Below are positions 25,575 to 38,577 of a stretch of DNA of 64,000 nt, piece by piece. Below the pieces are notes generated by a model. It did no database searches. It worked only from the letters and a program-made list of their open reading frames with translations, and was not told the DNA's origin. Within the stretch, counting starts at the first letter, position 1; every line of letters begins with the position of its first letter. The stretch covers positions 43,586,001 through 43,650,000 of the forward strand of contig OZ024745.1 in NCBI GenBank assembly GCA_964016885.1. The letters are read 5' to 3'. Position numbers and translations under genes: made by a program. The stretch is from Eledone cirrhosa. Lineage: Eukaryota.

Positions 25575-25922
25575 TACATCCCGTCCCACCACCACCACCC
25601 CATCCACACCACCCCGTTCTATGTAAAGTTATGTTGGTGCCGCGCCATCCAGGCTGAAACAAATGAGATCGTGTAGGTGTCACGACAAAAAAACACACAG
25701 TCCACGCTGTAATGTGGCCGTGTAGGCAACACGGTAAAAACCTCCCAGACCCACACTGTAAATGTGGTTGGTGTTAGGAAGGGCATCCAACTGTAGAAAA
25801 CCTGCCAGACAGTCCTATGCGAGCAAGACAATCACTCTTGCCTCAAGTGGGACTACCCCCGTCCAAACCCATGCAAGCGTGGAACACGGACGTTAAACGT
25901 TGATGATGATGATGATGATGAT
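25575..25922 (+). mobile_element. RTE LINE 3' UTR fragment
   Basis: Matches the family 3' UTR; (GAT)n tail. Confidence 0.9.
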
Positions 25923-26068
25923 ATATACATATATATATATATACATATATATACATATATATACATATATATATATATACATATATATTCATATACATAT
26001 ATATATATACATATATATATATATACATATATATTCATATACATATATATATATACATATATATATAC

Positions 26069-26099
<31 letters not shown>

Positions 26100-26120
26100 C
26101 ATATATATATATACATATAC

Positions 26121-26151
<31 letters not shown>

Positions 26152-26186
26152 CATATATATATACATATATATATATATATACATAC

Positions 26187-26241
<55 letters not shown>

Positions 26242-26955
26242 CATATATATATGTACATATATATATGTACATATATATATATATACATATATATATATAC
26301 ATATATATATATGTACATATATATATCTACATATATATATATATACATATATATATATACATATATATATATATACATATATATATATACATATACATAT
26401 ATACAAATTAATATATGATAAACATTAATACAAGTGTTTGTATTGCAAATGACCAAGTTAGCTAGATTGAAAAATACTAATTAAATTAATACAGTTTGCC
26501 TGTCTCGATTTAAAATAATAAATCAATAAAAACAAACCCATATTGGCAATAGCCGTGATACCTGGACAAATTTAAATTTCAAAACTCAAATCTGTTTCAC
26601 AACAATAAGTGAAAATTCCATTTCTGTGCTCAGCTGCAGGTATCCAGAAATTGGTATGTTTCACTTCAAAATACTTAGGAAGACTAAGAGAAAATGTGTT
26701 GTTGAACGCACATGGTGTCCCAGTGTCTAGCCAGTCCTATACTCGTGCCGCTAGAAATAACAGCCGTTTTTATGGGACTAAAAAATTATTCCACGGCTCG
26801 GAAATATCTCTTTCTTTGAGCTATTTAATTGTAAAAGACTGTTTGAGTTTATAACTCTATATATAGTATACATATATATATATATACATATATATATATA
26901 CATATATATATATACATATATATATATACATATATATATATATACATCTTTATAC

Positions 26956-26988
<33 letters not shown>

Positions 26989-27085
26989 CATATATATACA
27001 TATATATATATATACATATATATATATATGCATCTTTATATATATACATGTATATATACATATATATATATACATATATATATAC

Positions 27086-27118
<33 letters not shown>

Positions 27119-27380
27119 CATGTATATGTATATGTATATATATATGCATGTATATATGTATATATATATGCATGTGTATATGTACATATATATGCATGTG
27201 TATATATATATGCATGTATATATGTATATATATATATGCATGTGTATATATATATGCATGCGTATATGTATATATATATGCATGTATATATGTATATATA
27301 TATGCATGTATATATATATGCATGTGTATATGTATATATATATGCATGTATGTATATATGTATATATATATATGCATGTG

Positions 27381-27597
27381 AATGCGTGTGGCTGAGTGGT
27401 TAGAGAATTGGATTCGCAATCGTAAGGTTGTGAGTTCGATTCCTGGACCAGGCGATGCGTTATGTCCTTGAGCAAGACACTTTATTTCACGTTGCTCCTT
27501 CTACCTGGAGTTGCAACCGATAGATAGTATTAGCAATTGGAAAGACCAACGGAAACATTGTTCCCTCGGTCCGATTTGACGAAAGTCGATCGTTCCT
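27381..27597 (+). mobile_element. tRNA-derived SINE; near-identical copy on - at 15686-15905, partial copies ~7062-7216 and ~60085-60198
   Basis: A box TGGCTGAGTGG, B box GTTCGATTCC, central GTCCTTGAGCAAGACACTT. Confidence 0.88.
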
Positions 27598-28141
27598 TTT
27601 ATATATGCATGTATATATGTATATATATATGCATGTATATATGTATATATATATGTATTTATATATGTATATATATATGCATGTATATATGTATATATAT
27701 ATGCATGTATATATGCATATATATATATATGCATGTGTATATGTATATATGTATATGTATATGTGTATATGTATATATGCATGTATATATGGATATGTAT
27801 ATATGCATGTATATATATATGCATGTGTATATATATATGCATGTATATATGTGTATATATATATGCATGTATATATGTATATGGATGTATATATGTATAT
27901 ATATATGCATTTATATATATATATGCATGTATATGTATATATATATATGTATATGTATCTATGTATGTATATATATATGTATATGTATCTATGTATGTAT
28001 ATATATATATATGTATGTATATATATGTATATATGTGTATATGTGTATATGTATGTATATGTATGTATATATATATATATGTATGTATGTATATATATAT
28101 GTATGTATGTATATATGTATGTATGTATATATATATGTATG

Positions 28142-28174
<33 letters not shown>

Positions 28175-28217
28175 GTATATATATGTATGTATGTATATAT
28201 ATGTATGTATGTATATG

Positions 28218-28252
<35 letters not shown>

Positions 28253-29029
28253 TATGTATATGTATATATATGTATGTATATGTATATATATGTATGTATG
28301 TATATATACATATGTATGTATATGTATATATATATATATGTATGTATGTATATGTATATATATATGTATGTATATGTATATATATATATATGTATGTATG
28401 TATGTATGTGTATATATATATGTATGTATGTATGTATATATATATGTATGTATGTATGTATATATATATGTATATGTATGTCTATGTATATATATATATG
28501 TATGTATATATATATATGTATATGTATGTCTATGTATATATATGTATGTATATATATATGTATATGTATGTATATGTATGTATATATGGATATGTATATA
28601 TATGTATATATATGTATATGTATATATATATGTATGTATATGTATATATATATGTATATGTATATATATGTATATATATGTATATGTATATATATGTATA
28701 TGTATATATATGTATATGTATATATATATGTATATGTATATATATGTATATATATGTATATATATGTATATGTATATATATGTATATATATGTATATATA
28801 TGTATATGTATATATATGTATATATATGTATATATATGTATATATATGTATATGTATATATATGTATATATATGTATATGTATATATATGTATATGTATA
28901 TATATGTGTATATATATGTATATATATGTATATGTATATATATGTATATGTATGTATATGTATATATATGTATGTATATATATATATATATATATGTATG
29001 TGTATATATATATATATATATATGTATGT

Positions 29030-29061
<32 letters not shown>

Positions 29062-29134
29062 ATATATATATGTATATATATGTATGTGTATGTGTATATA
29101 TGTATGTATATATGTATGTATATATATATATGTT

Positions 29135-29512
29135 TAATTCTAGGAGAAAGAAAACTCTGATATAACACCTGCAACCCTGATGGTATCCAATGATGTTGAC
29201 TTGTTCTTCTTTTTGGTAAATATCATCGTGGTTAAGAGAGTGGGACTGGCTTTGTGCAGTGCCTTTGCTCACTATAAAAGCTTCACGGCACAGGCATTGC
29301 TTTATATCTGGAGATCTCTCTGCACTTGTCGTCACATGGTACCATGGGCCCAGCACTATGTGTCAATAATTGTCACAAGTGTAGTGTTTGTACCAGAGTT
29401 TTCAAGTCGCTGCCTGGACTAAAAAGTCTCACTCGTTCAGCGCATAGGTAGGGGTTCTCCTACATGGATATAAAGTAGTGGCCGTACTCGAAAACGAGTT
29501 GGCAGCCACCAT
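29135..29512 (+). mobile_element. 3' end of a second LINE family (RTE-like C-terminal zinc finger)
   Basis: Reads [25 protein letters not shown] then a short UTR; embedded in (TA/TATG)n. Confidence 0.6.
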
Positions 29513-29579
29513 ATATGTATGTGTATATATATGTATGTATATGTATGTATATATATATGTATGTATATGTATATGTATG

Positions 29580-29631
<52 letters not shown>

Positions 29632-29647
29632 TATATATATGTATATG

Positions 29648-29679
<32 letters not shown>

Positions 29680-31087
29680 TATATGTATGTATATATATAT
29701 ATATGTATGTATATATGTATGTATATATGTATATGCATATATGTATGTATATGTGTATGTATATATGTATGTATATATGTATGTATATATATATATATAT
29801 GTATATATATATGTATATGTATATATATATGTATATATGTATATGTATATATATATGTATATGTATATATATATGTATATATATATGTATATATATATAT
29901 GTATATATATATGTATATGTATATATGTGTATATATATATACATATACATATAATGTACATATCTATATATAGATATATGTATATATACATATATGTATA
30001 TATACATGTGTTGTATTCATGGCTATGACACTTAGTTGTAAATAGTTACCATGCAAAAACTATTCTCCTCTGTATGAAGATTATTTTGTTAGTTTCCAAT
30101 ACTGAGCTTAAATTCTCTACTGGATAAACCTACAATATTCTGGCATTCTGTTCTAAGTAAAAGTGACTCTCAGTCATTATGAAATCTGCTATAATCTCTA
30201 ACACACTGGAATAGATTCTTGTAATGACTGGATAGTAAGAAAACATGAAACAGAATGATAATCTGATTCCAATTAAGAATATTCTAGACCTAATTGAAAC
30301 ATAAACTAGAATGGTAGAAGAGTCTGTGAAAAAATTGAAATTTTTCTGAGATATCATAAGCACCTATTAAAACTTGAATAGTCACTAAAATTAAATATCA
30401 AATATGTCCAGATTCTTTACTGAATTAACAAGATTCTATCAAATCTAGTAAAATAGAAAATATTATGGAACTGTAATGAGTATGTAAGACATATATTAAG
30501 AATATATGTTTATAATAATATGTGTAAATTATATAATACATTATGATAGAAGCTTAAAGAGATGTATAGGCATCAATCAGATCCTTTAAAGTGTGTTTAA
30601 AAGATCATTAGTATAGTTTGGTATTCTGTTGTGATTTGTTTCTTTTTATTGTGGGTCATTTTGCTTGGTTTTATTTTTGACTGCAAAATATTTACAAAAC
30701 AGTGTAACAATAAACTTTGACATTATTTCAGGTTATTTTATATATTTTATATATTTGAAATTGATATTTTTAACCAAGATGTCATCTTTGACTTCTTAAC
30801 CCTTCATTAACATATTTCTAATGAAAGACACTACCTATGGTTTTCAAATGATTTTGAAAATAATCAAGAAATTGAAGGCATTTAGTAATATCAGTTTCTT
30901 ATTATTAAGCTGGTATTTGGAGTATAACTTGACATAAAATTATGATGAAAAGTTTTTAGATAACTATACAAACTTTAAAACAAACAGCTTTGTATCATAG
31001 AACCAGGGGCTGTTTAGTAATTAGTTAAGTTTCTTGAAATTTCTGTTGTTTCTTCTTTCTTATCAAAACCTTTTCTGATAAAAAAAA

Positions 31088-31225
31088 AATATTTTGTAAA
31101 ATTGTAGGAATCTCAAATATGGAAATAGCTGTAACACAGCCAGCTGTTATGAGAATCATCATAGTAGCTGGTTGTTTTACAGCCATTTCTGCATTTGAGA
31201 TTCCTACAGTTTTACGAAATGTTTA
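31088..31225. repeat. Degenerate palindrome ~230 bp upstream of exon 31454
   Basis: TGTAGGAATCTCAAAT / ATTTGAGATTCCTACA core; ~65-bp arms. Confidence 0.78.
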
Positions 31226-31453
31226 CATACTCAATGCTCTAAATCATTAAAAAACAAATTCTTAGTTTCTTTTCATCATTTCTATCAAATACAAGCTAAG
31301 AAATATTTCAACTTAATTTTGGGATTAATCTTGCCTAATGTTGATATTTTGAATTAATAATTGATTTCTGTATTCTAAGTCATGTATATATATATACTTA
31401 AGATTGATGAGTGAATATTGTTGTTACATGAGGTTTACCTCATCCAATTGCAG

Positions 31454-31621
31454 GGTGAGGCTCTACGGCAGAGTTTATTGACAAAATATTATGGCAAAGA
31501 TTATTTTCGAACAAGGCGTGAGAGTATTAATGCCAACTCATCGCAGATTAAAGCTACAGGAATTATTGGGCCTGGTTCTGTTATGGTCAGCCGAGCTGAA
31601 ATGACTCTCCATGAAGTTCAA
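31454..31621 (+). CDS. ITPR: IP3R exon GEALRQSLLTKYYG...RRES...EMTLHEVQ
   Basis: tgcAG / CAA|GTAAGT; GEALRQ motif and RRES PKA-site motif. Confidence 0.95.
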
Positions 31622-32840
31622 GTAAGTATTACTGTTTTTTTTTTTTTTTCATATTCTTTTTTATTGGAGGTCACTCCAACAAAGTGGCAAGTATCCAGCA
31701 ATACAGCAGACACGAAGTAACCACCTAATTTGTTGCAAGTTACTAAACAATAGGTAAATAAGAGGAAAATCTTATAACATGCTGCCTTTGAAATGAGAAA
31801 ATGATTGGCAAAAGAGTTAAAAGAATTAAGATTACACCAATTAACCTATGAGTGAAGCAAGAAGAAGGAAGAGAGATCAAAGAGTTAGACATTTGGGGAA
31901 AAAACAATTAGAATAGAAACTTTTCTTACATTGAAAGAATGATCGTTACTGTATTTCTAATGAGATATACTGTTTATGTATTTCAGTTAATTTTTAGAAT
32001 ATCCAAAAAAATTAGGGGAATTTTATAATATAGCTAAATTTTTAATTATCAAGCTGATATTTAAAACATTACTTAACAAAAACTTCTAAAATAGAATTAT
32101 GATGGAAGGTTTTATTATAAGTAAAATCATTTTAAAATGTGCAGTTTAGTATCATAAATCAAGGGCAGTTTTAGGTGGGGTTTTTATCAAAAGGGTTAAG
32201 AGGAAGAACAAGTGAAGAAATTTCAGCAGATCAAGGACCATGAAAATATTTACAAGATAATGATAAAGAAGCAGCATTGAAGTTTGCTGATTGGACTCAG
32301 AAGTGTAACAGTCACACCTGGACACATTTATGAAGAGGTGCAAATTACATCTGACCTATTATGTTTGTAAATTAAGGTGTGGTTGTGTCAAAAATCTCTT
32401 AGTTCCTATGCACTAAGAGCACTTGCTATGCCACTGAAAGTTATGAGTGACTAAAGTATAAAGGTATATCACGTTTCATTATATTTAGTCTCAAGGTGTT
32501 GGATTAGCAAAATCATTAGGTCATCTGACAAAATGCTTTACAACATTTTATTATGGCTAAAAAAAAGCATTCTGAATTCAAATCCTGCCAAGGTCAACTT
32601 TGCCTTTCATCTTTCTGAGGTCAATAAAATAAAGTACCAGTAAAATACTAGGGTTTATATCAACTTCCTCTCCTTACTAATTACTGGCCTTGTGCCAGAA
32701 ATCATTATAACTAGTCTTTTGTCAACTTTTTTGTCATTTCTGATCCTATTTGATCTCCCTTAGCTGAAGCCAAAGATATTAACCAATTTTGCCAATGTTT
32801 ATTAAATATTACATTATGTAATTTGTTTTCAATCTTTTAG

Positions 32841-32972
32841 TGCCATCTAGACAAGGAAGGTGCCTCTGATCTTATCGTGGACCTCATTATCCAGAATGCT
32901 AGTAACCAGATATTCTTACAAACTGTTGAACTAGGAATTGCTCTACTGGAAGGAGGCAACAGTGTTATTCAG
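32841..32972 (+). CDS. ITPR: IP3R exon CHLDKEGASDLIVDLII...ELGIALLEGGNSVIQ
   Basis: tttAG acceptor; non-canonical CAG|GCAAGC donor; conserved CHLDKEGAS and LLEGGN. Confidence 0.95.
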
Positions 32973-33039
32973 GCAAGCCAACACATGCTTTTTTTTTTTT
33001 TCAAATGTTTCTCTATAATCTAGTTTTCATTGTATTTAA

Positions 33040-33304
33040 CCCTTTCATTAGATTATTTCTAATAAAAGCTACTACATAGGATTTTCAAATGATTTTGAAA
33101 TCAATCAGGAATTTGGAGGGAGTTAGTAATAATGAGAAAGTTATAACTAACTTTCTCATTATTACACTGGTGTTTGGAACATAACTTAAATGTTCTTACA
33201 TAAAATGTGAAGGAAGCTTTCTAGATAAATATGAACACTTTAAAATAAATAAGTTTTGTATCGTAGAAGCAGGTGTGATTTCAAGCAGTTTGGTAGCAAA
33301 AGGG
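33040..33304. mobile_element. piggyBac-type MITE family B; other copies 53681-53911, 11963-12335, ~30800-31020, ~31950-32198, partial ~46897-46980
   Basis: TTAA|CCCTTTCATTA...AAAGGG|TTAA; shared TTTTCATTATTAAGCTGGTGTTTGG core. Confidence 0.82.
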
Positions 33305-33317
33305 TTAATGATATATA

Positions 33318-34301
33318 TCTGTATATATATAAAATTAAGTATGTGTGTCTGTGTATTACCTATAGGGGCCTACATCTTACGACCGATTTTCATGAAACTT
33401 TACAGGCTCATAGATTAGTCATTGGGGAGTCTTTCTATATATCAGCGTATCGTTTTTTTTATTCCGGGGTCATTCTGCAGATAAAAATAGATGGGGGGGG
33501 GTACCTTTTTTTAGGTATCGAAAAATAAGATTTTTGTCTCTAGCTCCCACATTTTGCCACCGATTTCGTTCAAATTTTAAAGCAAAATAGAATTTATCAT
33601 TGCACATCCTGTAATGGCTTTATATTTTGCATTTGTTGTTCAGGGACGGCGTGGCAGCCGCTTAAATATTCAAAAATACCACTTTTAGACTCAAATTTCC
33701 ACTCTTTCGGCTCTAGCTCCCACATTAATCAACCTACTTTGTTCAAATTTTACACTACGCTAGATCTGATTATTTCACGTCTTAAAGTGGCTTTACATTT
33801 TGGATTTTTTGTTGAGAAACGGCATGGCAGCTGCTTAAATATTCGAAAATACCACCTTTTCGGCTCCAGCTCCCACATTTTTCAACCGATTTCGTTCAAA
33901 TTCGAAACTTCGGCTCCACCTCACATATAAATCAATTTATTTGGTTCAACTTTTATACTACGATAGAACCTATCATTGCACATCTTATAGATGGTCAAAG
34001 GCAAAACGATGGCCACTGACGTCGTCTGTGCTTTTAGTTGTGTATTTGAGAATTCATCGGTTTCCAATCAAGTAGCGTGAGGAAATTTGGCTTAGTGTTA
34101 GAAGTCATTACCTCCCTCCCCCAGCATGCCCCTTCGTCATTCACCCGCGTTTCTCAGTGATAGAGGTCATCCCCACCCTTCCCCGCATGGCCTGTGTGTG
34201 GCCATAGATGAGTCATCGAGAAGCAGTCGCTAAGATCAACACCTTTTCATCAAAGCAGATATTATTTTACCTACCCAGGCAATGCTGGGTACTGCTGCTA
34301 G
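33318..34301 (+). mobile_element. Non-autonomous Helitron
   Basis: 5' TCTGTATATATATAAAA, subterminal hairpin CCCAGGCAATGCTGGG, 3' CTAG, inserted between A and T; internal tandem repeats. Confidence 0.8.
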
Positions 34302-34410
34302 TATGTATGTATATATAATATATATATATTAAAATAACAGATTAAAGTTTAAGCAAAGAATCGCTGCTTTTACCCTTAACGGGATCTTCTGAAACTTATC
34401 GAGCCCTCTT

Positions 34411-34600
34411 GGATTGGCAGTATCGGTAGAGGGTCAGACGCCATGCTTTGCAACAAAGAGTTACGGCCCTTTATGGTCTGCGTTCAAATCCCGCCGAGGT
34501 TAACTTTGCCCTTCATCCTTACGGGGTCGATAAAATAAAGTACCAGTAATGCACTGGGATAATTGCTGGCTTTGTGCCAAAAGTAAAAATAATTATTACT
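34411..34600 (+). mobile_element. SINE with Deu/Nin-like central domain; copies on - at 12378-12568, ~11114-11250, ~36533-36745 and on + at ~32510-32702, ~5090-5235
   Basis: GTTCAAATCC B box followed by CTTTGCCCTTCATCCTTACGGGGTCGATAAAATAAAGTACCAG. Confidence 0.8.
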
Positions 34601-34968
34601 ACATATATATATATATTAAAATAACAGATTAAAGTTTAAGCAAAGAATCGTTGCTTTCACCCTTAACGGGATCTTCTGAAACTTATCAAGCCCTCTTTGG
34701 ATTTTAGTCTTCATATTTATTATTATTATTACTATATATATATATATTGAGAATAGAGGAGGGATGGAATGCAGGTTAACAACCTCCATTGATCAAAATT
34801 GCTACAGAAATGATGAGTAGATACCTGGCCTGGGTGGAAATCCATGACAGGGCTTGTAACCATGCAGAATAGAGATCTTTCATCACCCAATGTTCCATGG
34901 GGAGCAAAAGGATCTAAAGAAGAAGAGTATCATATAGTAGTTAATCAATAACAATGTTATTCTTTCAG

Positions 34969-35146
34969 AAATCCTTGTATACCAGATTGACTAAAGACAA
35001 AAACTCTGAAATATATGTGAAGGTGTTTTATGACAAAATGCGGGAAGCAGAAGCTGAAATAAAGAACACTATAATGGTGAATACCAGTGATACACTGAGC
35101 TGCAAAAAAATAACGACCAATTCTCCTCAGAAAGAAGGTAGTAAAG
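34969..35146 (+). CDS. ITPR: IP3R exon KSLYTRLTKDKNSE...VNTSD...QKEGSK
   Basis: ttcAG acceptor; phase-1 donor G|GTATGG (alternative G|GTAGTA after 35137); KVFYDKM and VNTSD conserved. Confidence 0.92.
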
Positions 35147-35289
35147 GTATGGAAATATTATTTATTTCTAAGCAAAATGAAAAGACTTCATTTTAGATTA
35201 CAACTGAATTTAGATTAATTTAGTTTTTTTTACTCTTAAAAGTTAAAGAATTAATTTCATGATTTTTCTTAAACATTTATTTTTTACAG

Positions 35290-35525
35290 TTAAAAGTGCT
35301 GATGGTATTTCAATTCTGAGTAGTGATGGAGACAGTTCTTTAAACCGAGGGGTTGGTCATACCGAAGAGATTGGAGCTGGTGATGAGTTTCATTCTAACA
35401 AGACAACAAGCTGGGAGGAAACAATGATACAAGATAAAAACAAAGTGTCTCCCCAGGTTGCTGTTCTCCAACCAATCTTGAGGTTTTTACAGCTTCTTTG
35501 TGAGAATCACAATCGAGACTTACAG
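35290..35525 (+). CDS. ITPR: IP3R exon ...QPILRFLQLLCENHNRDLQ (start of RIH-associated domain)
   Basis: tacAG / CAG|GTAACT; hallmark PILRFLQLLCENHN. Confidence 0.96.
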
Positions 35526-36910
35526 GTAACTAGACAAACTGATTTTATTCTATTCACTTTAGATCTGTGTTTTAGCTTTTTTACCTCCGCATCTCATTCC
35601 CTTTCCTTAACCATGGAATTTCACATTCTGTCCTAACTTTCTCCTTATCTATATATGTAAATAATCCAATAGGACCATCAGATACATAAATACACAAAGT
35701 AATGAACTGAATGTCCTTATACATAAATAATACACTCCAAAAACAAAGCCAATAATAAACAAAACACCTAGTGGATAAGATCATCAAATGCCAAACTAAT
35801 ACACTCATTAAAACATAGCTAATGAGAAACTAAATATCTATACTAGATCCAATTCCTACCTCAAACATCTTCCATATTTCCTGACTCATATTCCATAAAG
35901 CCAACCACTAACTCACTCTAAATGCCAATATGGGGAAGACAGACTTTTTCAAGCTGCAGCCATCATATTACACAATAGTTATTGCTATCTATATATGTTT
36001 CTTCTCTTCTTTTGTCTATATCTGCTTTTTATCCTCTCTCTCTATCTTTAACTATTGTACTGTTACTTCAACATTGTCTACTCTGCTGACCTCACTATCT
36101 TTAAACTAGACCTAACTTTTTCTTCTGTTATCTTATTGTTTCTCACTACCCACACTCACTGACCAATGCTTCTTTCCAAGAACTGCTTCCCTTTCCAACT
36201 CTCTTTCTCCTTGTATTGTTCTTCCACTTTCTAACCTGATGTATTAATCATATCACTCACTAGCCTATATCTCTTAGTGTACATAATTCTCTAGTATTCT
36301 TATTCAAATTCTTGCCTTTGTCTTTCTCTGTGTATATCTATATTATACCTCTCTCATTCTCTCTCTCCCTCTCACCCCCCCTCTCTCTCTCCCTTATATA
36401 ATGTCTATTTATATTTATGTTTAGATGTCTATTTTCATTGCATCTCTGTGGGGTTAATAAAACAAACACCAACAATATACTGGATCAACTCAATCAAATG
36501 TTTTGAAACCTTTATTCAAAAGTAATATTTCTTTTTAACATTGGCACAAGGTCAGCAGTTCTGAAGAAGAGGAAAGTTGATTATATTGACTCCAATACTT
36601 AACTGGTACTTTATTTTATTGACCTTAGAAGGATGAAAAGCAAAGTTGACCTCACTGAAATTTGATCTCAGAACATACAAAGTTGTAATTAGATACTGCA
36701 AAGCAATATGTCCAAAATGCTAATTATATTGCCAATGCACCACCCTTCATCATCATTTAATGTCCATGTTTCATGCTTGCATGGAACTGTTTCTGCTTTG
36801 GTTTCTATGGTTGGATGCCCTTCCTAACACCAACCACATTACATAAATAAATAATTGGTTAGAAAAAGACAAGAAATTTCAGTCTAATTTATTTCTATTT
36901 GTTTCCTCAG

Positions 36911-37111
36911 AATTATTTACGGAATCAAAACAACAAAAACAACTACAACTTAGTTTGTGAGACGCTACAATTTCTTGACTGCATCTGTGGAAGCACTACA
37001 GGTGGTCTAGGTTTGTTGGGTTTGTATATCAACGAACAAAATGTCGATCTCATTAATCAAACATTGACTACACTAACAGAATATTGTCAGGGACCTTGTC
37101 ATGAAAACCAG
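36911..37111 (+). CDS. ITPR: IP3R exon [42 protein letters not shown]...[10 protein letters not shown]
   Basis: ctcAG / CAG|GTAAGA; GGLGLLG (ATPB motif) and [12 protein letters not shown]. Confidence 0.98.
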
Positions 37112-37884
37112 GTAAGATTTCATCGTAAATTTTAAAACTTATTTCATTTTTAGAGTAGGTTGCTTCCACAAATTTGAATCATTATAGCAATTTCAATATT
37201 TGTGTTTGTTTTAATTCCATTTTAGCTTTAATTCCATTTAGATGCTATTCCTACCAGGGCTTGACTGATCACTTTCTTTTTTGCATTGGTCACCATCAAG
37301 GCCTCAGGTGTCATCAGTCCTCAAACTGCTTTTTCCTCCATAAAATCGGAAAGACAGCAGCCCGCCTGACCTGAGGAAGAAGCCCCGTGAGGTAGGGTGG
37401 CTGTTGCAACAGGTGTCACTGACCATTCTCCGTGGCAAGTCCTTTGCTGTTTTGTCCATGGGGTGCAGCTAAAACATTCTGCTCAGACTGGGTTGAAGAA
37501 TTTGTTGCTACCCCTCCCCCTTTCTTTTTTTGCTTAATTGGTATTTCTCTTTTTCCTTCTCTTTCTTTAAGGTTTTTTAATGACATTTATATTGTACAGT
37601 TTTTACCACATTTCTCTTGAGTTTAATAAACTTTGGATTAACATTAAATAAATTCATCATCAGAGTGAAGTGACTGGGAAAGAATGAGTGAGTGAGATAG
37701 AGAGAGATAGAGAACACTATAGGGGGGGGGGTGCTTGCACACACACATTTTCATGTATTCATTTATATATATTTATTAATATATGTAACAAATGTATACA
37801 CCCCAAGTTACATGTCCTGTAACAAGTAACACTCTTGTTATATTTTATCAGATACTTGATATTCTTAACTATGGTTTGTTTCAG

Positions 37885-37995
37885 AATGCAATTGCCATGC
37901 ACGAAAGTAATGGAATTGACATAATCATTGCACTACTACTTAATGATATTAACTCCCTTGGAAAACAGGGAATGGGTTTAGTCCTTCGACTAAAG
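37885..37995 (+). CDS. ITPR: IP3R exon [26 protein letters not shown]...LRLK
   Basis: ttcAG / AAG|GTATTT; HESNGIDII motif. Confidence 0.96.
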
Positions 37996-38481
37996 GTATT
38001 TCCAATTTACACTTTCATTTTACTATTACCAGTTTCTCACCATTTGTTTACAGTGTGAGATTTCCTTTTGCTAGCCAAGCTAAATGTTACATTGTGCTCT
38101 CTTACCACAATGTATGTCTACAATGGAAATAAAGCCACAGATTCCTTGAATCACAATCTTTAATGTCTATAAGTGACACCTAATATTATTTTCTGTGATT
38201 AATTATGAAATATTATAATATTGTCTACAATTAATTATAATGTGCATTTTCATATCACAATATGATTAGATTATAGATGATCAGCTATCTTAATGTCCAA
38301 TAAGGCAATTAATCAGTAATCGGCCAGTTTGCTTATTGGTGCAGCCTTAGTTCTCATGTTTCTTTGGAATAGTATAAATAATTTTAATGAGAATTAATTT
38401 TATCCTTATGGATGGCTATCAAAGACAGAATTTTGTTTTTCTTATGATTCCTTTCAAACATTATACAACTATTCTTTACAG

Positions 38482-38577
38482 GACAATGCTTCTAAATTAC
38501 TCCTGGCAATCATGGAAAGCAGGCATGACAGTGAAAATGCTGAAAGAATTTTGTACAATATGAATCCCAAACAACTT
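38482..38577 (+). CDS. ITPR: IP3R exon [32 protein letters not shown]
   Basis: tacAG / CTT|GTAAGT; near identity to the ITPR1 motif; absent from the ORF track. Confidence 0.97.

Noticed and set aside
27381-27452. tRNA gene
   Set aside because: The tRNA-like head continues into a SINE body and recurs in several diverged copies.
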